The notes under the pieces: generated by a model
Told to the model about the DNA's origin: nothing
The model's input: the letters and a program-made list of their open reading frames with translations, nothing else
Database searches by the model: none
In this document: positions 9,857 through 18,961 of the stretch, in pieces
Position numbering within the stretch: the first letter of the stretch is position 1
How the letters are laid out: every line of letters begins with the position of its first letter
Position numbers and translations under genes: made by a program
Assembly (NCBI GenBank): GCA_965227295.1
Contig: OZ245742.1
Coordinates: 5,120,001-5,184,000, forward strand
Source: Leptonemataceae bacterium
GTDB lineage: Bacteria > Spirochaetota > Leptospiria > Leptospirales > Leptonemataceae
Direction: 5' to 3'
Length of the DNA: 64,000 bases

Positions 9857-10441
9857 TCACGAATCGACGAAGTCGCTTTTCGTAAACAGCGAGTGCAACG
9901 TCACCCCGTGCTGCGCCAGGTTTTCACGCCCGCCCTCCTCGCGATCCACGATGCAGATGCCGTGCTCTAACTTGAGGCCGGCAAACCTTAAGGCCTCCAC
10001 CGCTTTCAGCGAGGCGCCGCCGGTGGTGACCACATCGTCGATGAGCAGGACCTCGCCGCCGGTGAAGGCGTCCAGCTCGCCCTCAATGCGCCGACCGGTG
10101 CCGTGTTGCTTCTGCTCTTTGCGCACGACGATGGGATAGACCGTCGTACCTTTTTCGCGATAGGCCAGGGACAGGGCAAAGGCGATGGGATCCGAACCCA
10201 GGGTCAAACCGCCGACGCCGGCGGGCGGGACGGCGGCGAAGGCGGAGATTCCGGGAATGAGCTCGTCACGCATGGCCGCGGCCATGCGCGCCAGATACTC
10301 CGGATGCATGGTAATTTTCTTGCAATTGAAGTAATGATGCGACGTTTTCCCGGAGGACAACGTAAACGGTTCTTCGCTATAGCGATAGATGCGATCTTTC
10401 GTGTCGGCGTAGAGTTGCTGCGTGATGGTGCCTGAAATCAT
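9857..10441 (-). CDS. pyrE: Orotate phosphoribosyltransferase
   Basis: FTLSSGK, VRKEQKQHG and LLIDDVVTTG PRPP motif; start codon uncertain (10441 vs 10561). Confidence 0.92.
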   Translation of the reverse strand: MISGTITQQLYADTKDRIYRYSEEPFTLSSGKTSHHYFNCKKITMHPEYLARMAAAMRDELIPGISAFAAVPPAGVGGLTLGSDPIAFALSLAYREKGTTVYPIVVRKEQKQHGTGRRIEGELDAFTGGEVLLIDDVVTTGGASLKAVEALRFAGLKLEHGICIVDREEGGRENLAQHGVTLHSLFTKSDFVDS

Positions 10442-12188
10442 GTCGTCGTTCCTGAAAAACTTGAGAGCTGCCTGGTCGTTGGAGGAGCCCGCGCCGCGTC
10501 CCGGCGCCGGAGCGCTGATCGGCCTCGCGGCCGTAAGCGGCGCGCTGGGCATGTTCGGCATGGCCCCGTTTCCGGAAATGCTGCGCCCCGTGGCCGCGGT
10601 GTTGCATTTGTGGCCGCTCTTTTACTTTGCCGAACGTCTCCGGGACTCCCTTCCTCGATTGCTCGTCGCGGGCCTGCTGTCTTCTTTTTTTTGCTCGCTG
10701 TTCGCCTTTCACTGGTTCACGTTCACAATCCGCAGCTTCGGCGATCTGCCGCTGCCCGCGGCCTTCGCGATCTTTCTCGTCATCGCCTTCTTCTTTCAAC
10801 TGAAGTTCCCGATGTTCGTCGTACTCTTCGGCCTGGCCCGGCGCGACTTCGGCCGCCGCCGGCTGCGGCCGGCCTGGTTCGTAGCCGGCCTGCTCTGTGC
10901 CCTGGTCGATCTTTCCGTGCCGCAGCTCTTTCCCTGGTACTGGGGCAATCTATTGGCCGGCAGCAAGGCCTTCGCCCAGCTCGCCGAGTACGGCGGCGCG
11001 AGCGGCCTGTCGTTCCTGCTCGGCGCCGGTTCGTACTGGAGCTATCGCTGCGTCGAAGATTTGCGGCTCGGGCGCGCTCCTTTAAGTTTATCCGTTCGGA
11101 CATTAGCGTTTCCCGTCGCCCTGCTCATCCTCTTCGTACTCGGCGAGGTTCGTTACTACGGTTATCAGGCTTATCAGAAAAACCTGCCCACCGTCACCGT
11201 GGCCGTGCTGCAACCGCTGGCTCCGCTGGAGCTCCAGCCCATCACCCCCCGACGCGAACGGGCGGCGCTCACTTTAATAGAAGAAATCATACCGGAACTT
11301 GCAAACCAGACGGCCGGCCATGCTCCGCGGCTTATCGTCCTGCCGGAATCCGGCGTGCCCTACTACACCACGAACGACTTTTATCTGAACCGCCGCCGGG
11401 ACGTCTATCGACCGGAGTACCGGCGCATGGCGGAAGAGATTGCCGCGGAGCACAACGCGGCGCTCATTCTCAACGAAGTCAACTTTCGCGTCGGCGAGGC
11501 CGGTGACACGATCCGCGCGGAGGCCATGAACTCGGCGGCCCTGTTTCGACCGCGAGCGCAGGACGACGAGATCCGCGGCGAACGCGCGGCGGAGTATCAC
11601 AAAAGACGCCTGCTGGCCTTCGGCGAGTACGTGCCCGGCGAGGCCTGGTGGCAGGCCCTGGGACTCACCCCGTTCCTGCCGTCGTTTTTGCAACGGTCGC
11701 GCTTTTACCCGGGGCCGGAAGCACATACTTTACAATACCGCGAAGCCGGCGAAACCGGCAGCGGCAAACTGTTACCGACAATATGTTACGAGATCATCTT
11801 TCCCGATTACGTGCGTCGTTTTGATCAGGCAACCCGCGACGCCGAGTTGCTCGTGAATCTAACCCAGGACGGTTGGTACGGGAATACCTTCGAAACCTAT
11901 CAGCACCTGGAACTGGGACGCCTGCGGGCCATCGAACTGCGCCGGTCGCTCGTGCGCGCGAACAACAACGGCGTCAGTGTTTTCATCGACATGACCGGAC
12001 AACCTATCGAACCCCGGCTCGGCCCGCGCCGAAGTTCGTTTGGGGAACGCGCCGTCATGGTGGCGCGGGTTCCGGTGCACGTCCCGGCGCCGACGCTGTA
12101 TGCGCGCCTGGGTGATTGGTGGCTGGCGGGAGCGGTGGTGGTGTTGATTTTTCTTGTGTTAATCGGAATATTTCGATCGCGCAATTAA
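10440..12188 (+). CDS. lnt: Apolipoprotein N-acyltransferase
   Basis: Multiple TM helices plus nitrilase triad motifs LPES, YHKRRLLAFGEY, ICYE; start uncertain. Confidence 0.9.
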   Translation: MSSFLKNLRAAWSLEEPAPRPGAGALIGLAAVSGALGMFGMAPFPEMLRPVAAVLHLWPLFYFAERLRDSLPRLLVAGLLSSFFCSLFAFHWFTFTIRSFGDLPLPAAFAIFLVIAFFFQLKFPMFVVLFGLARRDFGRRRLRPAWFVAGLLCALVDLSVPQLFPWYWGNLLAGSKAFAQLAEYGGASGLSFLLGAGSYWSYRCVEDLRLGRAPLSLSVRTLAFPVALLILFVLGEVRYYGYQAYQKNLPTVTVAVLQPLAPLELQPITPRRERAALTLIEEIIPELANQTAGHAPRLIVLPESGVPYYTTNDFYLNRRRDVYRPEYRRMAEEIAAEHNAALILNEVNFRVGEAGDTIRAEAMNSAALFRPRAQDDEIRGERAAEYHKRRLLAFGEYVPGEAWWQALGLTPFLPSFLQRSRFYPGPEAHTLQYREAGETGSGKLLPTICYEIIFPDYVRRFDQATRDAELLVNLTQDGWYGNTFETYQHLELGRLRAIELRRSLVRANNNGVSVFIDMTGQPIEPRLGPRRSSFGERAVMVARVPVHVPAPTLYARLGDWWLAGAVVVLIFLVLIGIFRSRN

Positions 12189-12205
12189 TGTCGCCGTGAA
12201 CGAAG

Positions 12206-12523
12206 TCAGGAACTGCTGAAATCTGATTTCCGAGGCCGGCTCTTCATAGTTACCGTCGCACCACTATCCCGAGAGCTTGTCAGCAAGCAGGTGGCATGCA
12301 GCGTGGCTTTTCCTGCGTGGATGACCGCATCTTTAAGTCCACTACGGTGCGTTACTTCCGTAAATAAATCGACGAAGCCATTCATCTGCTTTCCGCCGGT
12401 TACCGCTGCGCGTTGGCCGTAATCCTTTTTGCCGCGTCTCTTTCCCTGGTGCTTGCCCTGGTCCAGCCGGGTCGCCCAAAACTGACTGATTGCTCGACGT
12501 AAGGCTTCTTCCTCCCGCTCCAT
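12206..12523 (-). pseudogene. Truncated PaeR7I/XhoI-like type II restriction endonuclease
   Basis: FWATR...DYGQRAAVTGGKQMNGF N-terminal signature; only about 105 codons remain. Confidence 0.7.
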
Positions 12524-12535
12524 AAACAAAAACTT

Positions 12536-12742
12536 TCAGGCTGAGAGCTCGATAACGAGATAACACTGAGGAGCCGCATGCAAGGGGACGACGGTATGCT
12601 CGCCCTTGTTCTTGCGACGCGAGAGGCAAACATCGCCAACAACACAAATCAGACGGCCTCCGGGAACGAGCGCATTATAGCAGTTCGCCCAAACCCGGTC
12701 GAGCTGATCAAGGAAGTCATCCCGTATCCGACATAATGTCAT
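12536..12742 (-). pseudogene. Internal fragment of an N4/N6 DNA methyltransferase
   Basis: FLDQLDRVW...LVPGGRLICVVGDVCLSRR...VVPLHA; no SPPY or FxGxG motif present. Confidence 0.75.
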
Positions 12743-12873
12743 GCTATCGATTTGTGTAGGGTATTCAACTCATTTCCGTAGATATCCCGCGTAATATGCC
12801 CGGCAGCACGCCGTAATCAGGTTCGCGCTCGCCATAACACATCAGATGACTTATCTTCCATTTACACCATTCC

Positions 12874-15105
12874 ATGCCCCAAACACCCTCACGCCGTAGG
12901 CCGTCACCGCAAGGACTCGGCACCGCCCCCGTTTTCTTCGCCGCCATCGGCACCATCCTCGGCGCCATCATGTTTCTGCGCATGGGTTACTCGGTGGCCC
13001 ACGTCGGTCTTCTGGGAACCTTCGGCATTTTAATTCTTGGCCATCTCGTTACGATTCCCACGGCCATGGCCATTGCCGAAATTGCGACGAACGAAAAAGT
13101 CGAAGGTGGCGGCGAGTACTACATCATCTCACGATCCTTCGGACTGTCCATCGGCGCGGCCATCGGCGTCGGCCTGTATGCGTCCCAGGCCATCAGTGTT
13201 GCGTTCTATCTCATTGCGTTTGCGCAGGTCTTCGAACCGGTCTTTGCCGTGCTGCGCGAGAGTACCGGACTGCCGATCCACGACCTGCGCTTTGTCAGCA
13301 TTCCCTCGCTCATCATCCTGTCGCTGATCATGTTCACCCGCGGCGCGGACATGGGCACCACCATGCTCTACGGCATCGTCGGTATGCTCAGTGTCGCGAT
13401 CGTTTTGTTTTTCCTGGGCAGCACGGAGTACGAAGCGGGCAATCAGTACTACCTGCAAACCGTGGAGGAGCCCGACGACTTCTTTCAGGTTTTCGCCGTC
13501 ATCTTTCCCGCCTTTACCGGTATGACCATGGGCGTGGGGCTCTCCGGCGACCTGGCCCGGCCGCGACGTTCCATTCCCCTGGGAACCCTGGGCGCAACGC
13601 TCACCGGCCTGTTGGTCTACGGTTTCATCGCCTATAAGCTCGCCGTTTCTGCGGACCCGCAAACTCTCGATGCAAAGCAGTTAGTAATGAGCGACATCGC
13701 CCTCTGGGGGCCCGCCATCTTAATCGGACTCGGTTGCGCGGCGATGTCCTCGGCCCTGAGTTCGTTGATGGTGGCCCCGCGGACGCTCCAGGCCCTGGCG
13801 AAAGACCGTGTGCTGTTTACCGGCCGCGCCGGACGTTTCCTGCGTCGCACGAACTCCGACAGCGACGAGCCCCGGGGCGCGCTCCTGCCCACCGTGCTGA
13901 TCGCCTTCGCCTTCGTCAGCCTGGGCGACGTTAACATCGTCGCAGGCATTATTACGATGTTCTTTATGGTGATCTACGGGACGCTGTGCATCATTTCGTT
14001 TTTGCATCACTTCGCCTCGGATCCTTCGTATCGTCCGGCCTTTCGATCGCGCTGGTACATCTCGCTGCTCGGCGCCGTGTGCTGCGTTTATTTCATGTTT
14101 CGCATCAACGCAGTCTACGCCGGCCTGTCCGTCGCGGCGATGGTGCTGATCTACATCCTGGTGCGCAAAGCGGAGGATGAACGCGGCCTCGCGGCGCTCT
14201 TTGAAGGCGCCCTGCAACAAACGGTCAACCTGTTGCAGATTCGCATTCAAAAGGCCGGCCGGCGGCGCCGAAGTCGGTGGCGCCCGGCTGTGATCTGTCT
14301 GTCTTCGCGCAGCTTTCAGAGCTACGACGCCCTCGATCTCTTGCGCTGGACGGCTCATCGCCACGGCTTCGCGACCTACATTCATTTGATTCAGGGTTAT
14401 CTTTCGAAGGCCAACGCGCGCAAAGCGGACCAGTCCACCGAACGCCTGGTGGATATGGGCAATCAGAGCCGCAGCAACGTGTACTTCACTTCGATGGTCA
14501 GCCCTTCGTATACGTCGGCCCTCGCCCAGGTCCTGCAAATCCCGGGCATCTCCGGGCGACCGAACAACACGATCCTCTTCGATTTTGACCGCGAAGACGC
14601 CGGGGAACTACCGGTCCTGGCCGAGAACTTTAATTTGATCAAAACGCGCGGCTTCGACGTTTTGATGTTAGGTTGCACGCAGCGAAAGTTTGGATACCGT
14701 CGCGAAATAGACGTGTGGATCACGGACAAAGACGATCACAACGTGGAGCTCATGATCCTGCTCGCCTACGTTATTCTCGGCCACCCGGAATGGATGCGCG
14801 GTCGCATTCACATCAAAACGATCTGCCAGGCCAGCGAACAGCAGAGCCGACGCGAACAACTGGAAAACATGATCGAATCCGGGCGCCTGCCGATCTCGCC
14901 GCGCCACCTTAACGTCATTGAAAAAAAGAAAGGCGTCCCGCTCCAGGACATCATCAACGCCCACTCGGCCAGGGCGGATCTGACGATCCTCGGCTTTCGC
15001 GGCGCGCGCTTTCTGCACGAGGACAACTTCGAGTACTTCCGCGGTTATCCCGACGTCGGCAACATGCTCTTCGTGAATACGATGCAACGCAAGGCCCTGG
15101 GCTGA
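12874..15105 (+). CDS. Cation-chloride cotransporter (SLC12/CCC)-like APC permease
   Basis: IATN..V.GGGEYYIISRSFG, IFPAFTG, SGDL..P..SIP.GT, RPAFR..WYISLLGA motifs plus a soluble C-terminal domain. Confidence 0.88.
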   Translation: MPQTPSRRRPSPQGLGTAPVFFAAIGTILGAIMFLRMGYSVAHVGLLGTFGILILGHLVTIPTAMAIAEIATNEKVEGGGEYYIISRSFGLSIGAAIGVGLYASQAISVAFYLIAFAQVFEPVFAVLRESTGLPIHDLRFVSIPSLIILSLIMFTRGADMGTTMLYGIVGMLSVAIVLFFLGSTEYEAGNQYYLQTVEEPDDFFQVFAVIFPAFTGMTMGVGLSGDLARPRRSIPLGTLGATLTGLLVYGFIAYKLAVSADPQTLDAKQLVMSDIALWGPAILIGLGCAAMSSALSSLMVAPRTLQALAKDRVLFTGRAGRFLRRTNSDSDEPRGALLPTVLIAFAFVSLGDVNIVAGIITMFFMVIYGTLCIISFLHHFASDPSYRPAFRSRWYISLLGAVCCVYFMFRINAVYAGLSVAAMVLIYILVRKAEDERGLAALFEGALQQTVNLLQIRIQKAGRRRRSRWRPAVICLSSRSFQSYDALDLLRWTAHRHGFATYIHLIQGYLSKANARKADQSTERLVDMGNQSRSNVYFTSMVSPSYTSALAQVLQIPGISGRPNNTILFDFDREDAGELPVLAENFNLIKTRGFDVLMLGCTQRKFGYRREIDVWITDKDDHNVELMILLAYVILGHPEWMRGRIHIKTICQASEQQSRREQLENMIESGRLPISPRHLNVIEKKKGVPLQDIINAHSARADLTILGFRGARFLHEDNFEYFRGYPDVGNMLFVNTMQRKALG

Positions 15106-15193
15106 GCGGCGCGTCGCCGGACAACGACGCGTCGTTCATTGAAAATTCCGCGCTTGACCGCGCTACCGACGCCGCGCATTTTTTGCAATCCCC

Positions 15194-16009
15194 ATGGCTG
15201 CATCGCGCGATCTTCCCGACTACGAACGTTTCGAGTTTTATTATAACGACACCGCGTATCCCGTCTATCGCGGCGGCGACGGCCCCGCGGTGATCGTCAT
15301 CCACGAACTGCCGGGCTTGATGCCGGAGACCGTAGCGCTGGCGGAGCGTCTACGCGCGGCGGGTTACGCTGTCTACCTGCCGCTCTTCTTCGGCCGGCCC
15401 GGCAAGTCGTTCTCCGGTCCGTCGACCGCCGCTTACACTCTGCGACTGTGCATCAGCCGGGAGTTCTACATGCTGAAACGCCGGCGCACGAGTCCGGTGG
15501 TGGACTGGTTGCGTGCGCTATGCCGCCACGCCCACGATGCCTGCGGCGGACGCGGCGTGGGGGCCATCGGTATGTGTCTCAGCGGCGGCTTCGTTATTCC
15601 CATGATGCTGGAGCCGGCCCTGCTTGCCCCGGTGGTTTCCCAGCCGTCGTTGCCTGGCTGTGTCCTTCCGGGAGATCGGCTGTCGTGCGCACGGTCGTTG
15701 GATTGTTCGCCGGAAGATTTGCTGCATGTCAAAGAACGATTGCGCCAGGAAGATCTTACAATCCTGGGCTTTAAGTTCTCCCATGATCGCCTCTCTCCGA
15801 ACGAACGCTTCGACCGCCTGCGCGACGAGTTCGGCGAGGCCTTCGTTCCCATGGTCATCGACTCCGGGCCGGACAACGAACACGGCTATCCGGAATCCCA
15901 CCACGCCGTGCTGACGGTCCACTACGACGACAGCCCCGGCACACCCACACGAGACGCCATGGATCGCGTGTTAGAGTTTTTTCAGAAGCGATTAGTGCTT
16001 AAGGATTAG
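15194..16009 (+). CDS. Dienelactone hydrolase family protein
   Basis: IHELPGL and GMCLSG nucleophile elbow; C-terminal His. Confidence 0.8.
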   Translation: MAASRDLPDYERFEFYYNDTAYPVYRGGDGPAVIVIHELPGLMPETVALAERLRAAGYAVYLPLFFGRPGKSFSGPSTAAYTLRLCISREFYMLKRRRTSPVVDWLRALCRHAHDACGGRGVGAIGMCLSGGFVIPMMLEPALLAPVVSQPSLPGCVLPGDRLSCARSLDCSPEDLLHVKERLRQEDLTILGFKFSHDRLSPNERFDRLRDEFGEAFVPMVIDSGPDNEHGYPESHHAVLTVHYDDSPGTPTRDAMDRVLEFFQKRLVLKD

Positions 16010-16161
16010 CAATCCAGCCTGCCATTAGCGAGCATCCGCCCCGGGTCTTTGCGGGGTCGCGCGGGCTAACACAATTCTCACGGCCGCCGTTAAGTTATTC
16101 TGTAAGATTATTAAGCGGCAAGTCGTCGAATGCAATTGCCGTGTTTCGACGGCGCCCCGCA

Positions 16162-17875
16162 ATGATCGATCAAAAGATTATCAATAAGTATCTCGATTTC
16201 AGAGACGACTACGGAAGGGCCTGGCATGAGCAGCCGCCCGGTGAAGCGGAGTACTGCAATCGGCCGGCGGAGGTGGCACAAAAAACGCGACAATTGCTTG
16301 AAGACATGCTGAAAGACATCGCGAAGGCCCCGGCCGAATGGCCGGAAGAGCTGGTCAGTCAGATCGAGAAGAATACGGATGCGTACAAGGCTGCGATCAA
16401 CTTCTATGATGTAGGCATTGCAATTATTGATCATGCCCTAAAAAAAGAGAGTCGTCACGAGTATTTTAAGCGTAGTATCCGGTACAAACTGAAAGCGGAT
16501 CACGGATACTACGTCCTGCACGGCGGGTTGCGCTTTTTTTCGCGACAAATATTCACACGACGAACCCCGACCCTGGCGCCGCAAGATCGGTGACGAACTC
16601 AAAGCCCTCTGCATCCTGCCCGGGATCATTCGCGATTTCTGGTTGCGCGGTTTTTTCAAATGCTTGCGGTGGCTCCAGCAACTCTGGTTTCGTATCTATT
16701 TTTTACGCGGCACTCTGGAAATTCCACGTCGGCGCGAAAAGCGGGCGCCAGCACGGAAATCGCCTCCGGCTATCAGGGGGCGACGCCCATCAGCGCCGAC
16801 TACTTCCAGCGACTTTCATCGTTACGGAACATGGTTAAGCCTTCTTCGGCCCAATTTACGTCCTACACGGAAGCTGATCGCACGCGCCGCATCAAAGAGT
16901 TTCAGGCCAACCTGGAAAACGCCCTGACGTATCTCTTTTCAATTTACATCTTCGCCGGCACTTTCACGTTTGCGCTGTTTCAGCTCGGCAAGAGTCAATC
17001 AGAACTCTTCACGCGTTCCCTGCGTAAGAGCACCTTTGTGCCTTTCGGTTTCGCGTTCTTTATCCTCACCATGACAACGCTTGCGATCATGTGGGCGAGG
17101 ATCCCTCCGGACGAATTCCTCGTTTCGCAAATTCTCTACGGCATTCTGGTGACAATCGGCACGGCAATAGTTGCTTTGCTCTGGTTGGTGAAAGCAGTGC
17201 GCTTTTTCGGCCTCGGGTTACTACTCCGGGAAACAAACCGAGAAATCAGGAGCCATCTGAGCAGATTAAGTTACGTTCAGGGAACTCTGAGTGCCATCTA
17301 TCCGTACGCCCGCCCGAATACCTACGGCGCATTGAGACAACTATATCTACATCCTAACGCGGATTTCTTTCATCATGATGCACGAACTTCGCGAGCAAAA
17401 AGCAACCCGCATTCATTCCAGCAATACGGCCGTTGAACCAGCGCTGTATACGAACTCCTATCGACTGTTGTTGCATACATTGAGCTACGGGCTCCCCCGC
17501 AAATTGGATATGATTCCGGGAATCGTCGGCCACATCCTTGAGGATGTGCGCAAACCGGAAACAAACGGTGACCGGCGCCGACGTCTGTGCATAGCGATCA
17601 GTGAAGAACTGCATAATCCGAACGTTCCGCTTGAGCAGGCCCCCGCGTATCACACGCTTTTGAAAATCATTGCGTGGATACTCGCAGAAGAATTCCCGGG
17701 CGACACGAAGCTTCGCGCCCTCGTCGGCGATCTACCGAACCGCCAGGACATCCACTGCGCTGTGCTTCTCGAAAAGCTGCGCGACATCGCACTCATCGCC
17801 CCTCACCTCGAACGCATCGAACCGCCGAAGGAAGCGAAAAAATCATCGCAACCACGCTGCTGGTTTTCATGTTAA
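16162..17875 (+). pseudogene. Probable disrupted membrane-protein gene in three fragments
   Basis: 16162-16593 and 16660-17436 share a frame, separated only by TGA at 16591; 17375-17875 overlaps in another frame. Confidence 0.4.
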
Positions 17876-17881
17876 GACAAT

Positions 17882-18958
17882 ATGCAGCCTACAGTTCGCG
17901 TCTCACCAGCCACCCTGCTCCCGATCATCCTCACCACGTTCGCCGCCTTCCCCGCCTGCACGCCCACGCACGTCCTCCCCGGCGAAACACATCTCCGCAA
18001 CATCCGCCAGCTCACCCACGGCGGACAGAACGCCGAGGCCTATCTTTCCTTCGACGAACGCCGGCTCGTCTACCAGGCGCAGCGCGGCGACATGCAGTGC
18101 GATCAAATCTACGTCATGGACCTGGACGGCAAGAACCGGCAGCGCGTGTCTTCCGGCGAAGGTGCCACGACCTGCGCGTACTTTTTACCGGCGCCGCAAG
18201 CAGACGGCGCAAAACAACGTGTGGTCTACGCGTCGACGCACCTGGCCGGTCAAGATTGCCCGCCGCCCCCGGATCGTTCGCAGGGCTACGTGTGGCAATT
18301 GTACGATAGCTACGATATTTTCTCGGCGAACGCCGACGGCAGCGGGGATGTGCGGCGACTCACCGACGCGCCCGGTTACGACGCCGAAGCCACGCTGTCA
18401 CCGCGCGGGGACCGCATCGTCTTCACGTCCACGCGCGACGGCGATCCGGAACTCTACACCATGAACCTGGACGGCAGCGATCAGCGCAGACTTACGTTCA
18501 GCAGAGGTTACGACGGCGGCGCTTTCTTCTCCGCGGACGGCAGTGAGATCGTCTGGCGCGCGTCGCGGCCGAACGGCCCGCAGGAAGAAGCGGCGTATCG
18601 TGAGTTGATCGAAAAAGACTACGTGCGTCCGACGGCGCTGGAGGTCTTCGTCATGAACGCCGACGGCACGAACATCCGCCAGGTCACGGACTTCGGCAAG
18701 GCCTCGTTCGCGCCGTTCTTTCATCCGGACGCCGAGCGCATCATCTTCTCTTCGAACTTAAAGAGCGAGTCGGGCCGCGACTTTGATCTATTCATGATTC
18801 GTAAAAACGGCAGCGACCTGGAACAGATCACCCACAACCCCACGTTCGACGGATTCCCCATGTTCACGCGCGACGGCCGAACGCTGGTATTCGCATCGAA
18901 TCGTTCGAATGCGGAGCGCGGCGAGACGAACATCTTCGTGGCGGACTGGGTCGATTGA
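17882..18958 (+). CDS. TolB-like PD40 beta-propeller protein
   Basis: Repeated RRLT..GYD..SP.G..IVF.S.R motifs; N-terminal signal/lipobox-like Cys. Confidence 0.85.
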   Translation: MQPTVRVSPATLLPIILTTFAAFPACTPTHVLPGETHLRNIRQLTHGGQNAEAYLSFDERRLVYQAQRGDMQCDQIYVMDLDGKNRQRVSSGEGATTCAYFLPAPQADGAKQRVVYASTHLAGQDCPPPPDRSQGYVWQLYDSYDIFSANADGSGDVRRLTDAPGYDAEATLSPRGDRIVFTSTRDGDPELYTMNLDGSDQRRLTFSRGYDGGAFFSADGSEIVWRASRPNGPQEEAAYRELIEKDYVRPTALEVFVMNADGTNIRQVTDFGKASFAPFFHPDAERIIFSSNLKSESGRDFDLFMIRKNGSDLEQITHNPTFDGFPMFTRDGRTLVFASNRSNAERGETNIFVADWVD

Positions 18959-18961
18959 GCA

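Noticed and set aside
16591..16593. Selenocysteine or programmed read-through at the TGA
   Set aside because: No redox motif context or convincing SECIS hairpin, and a second disruption lies downstream.
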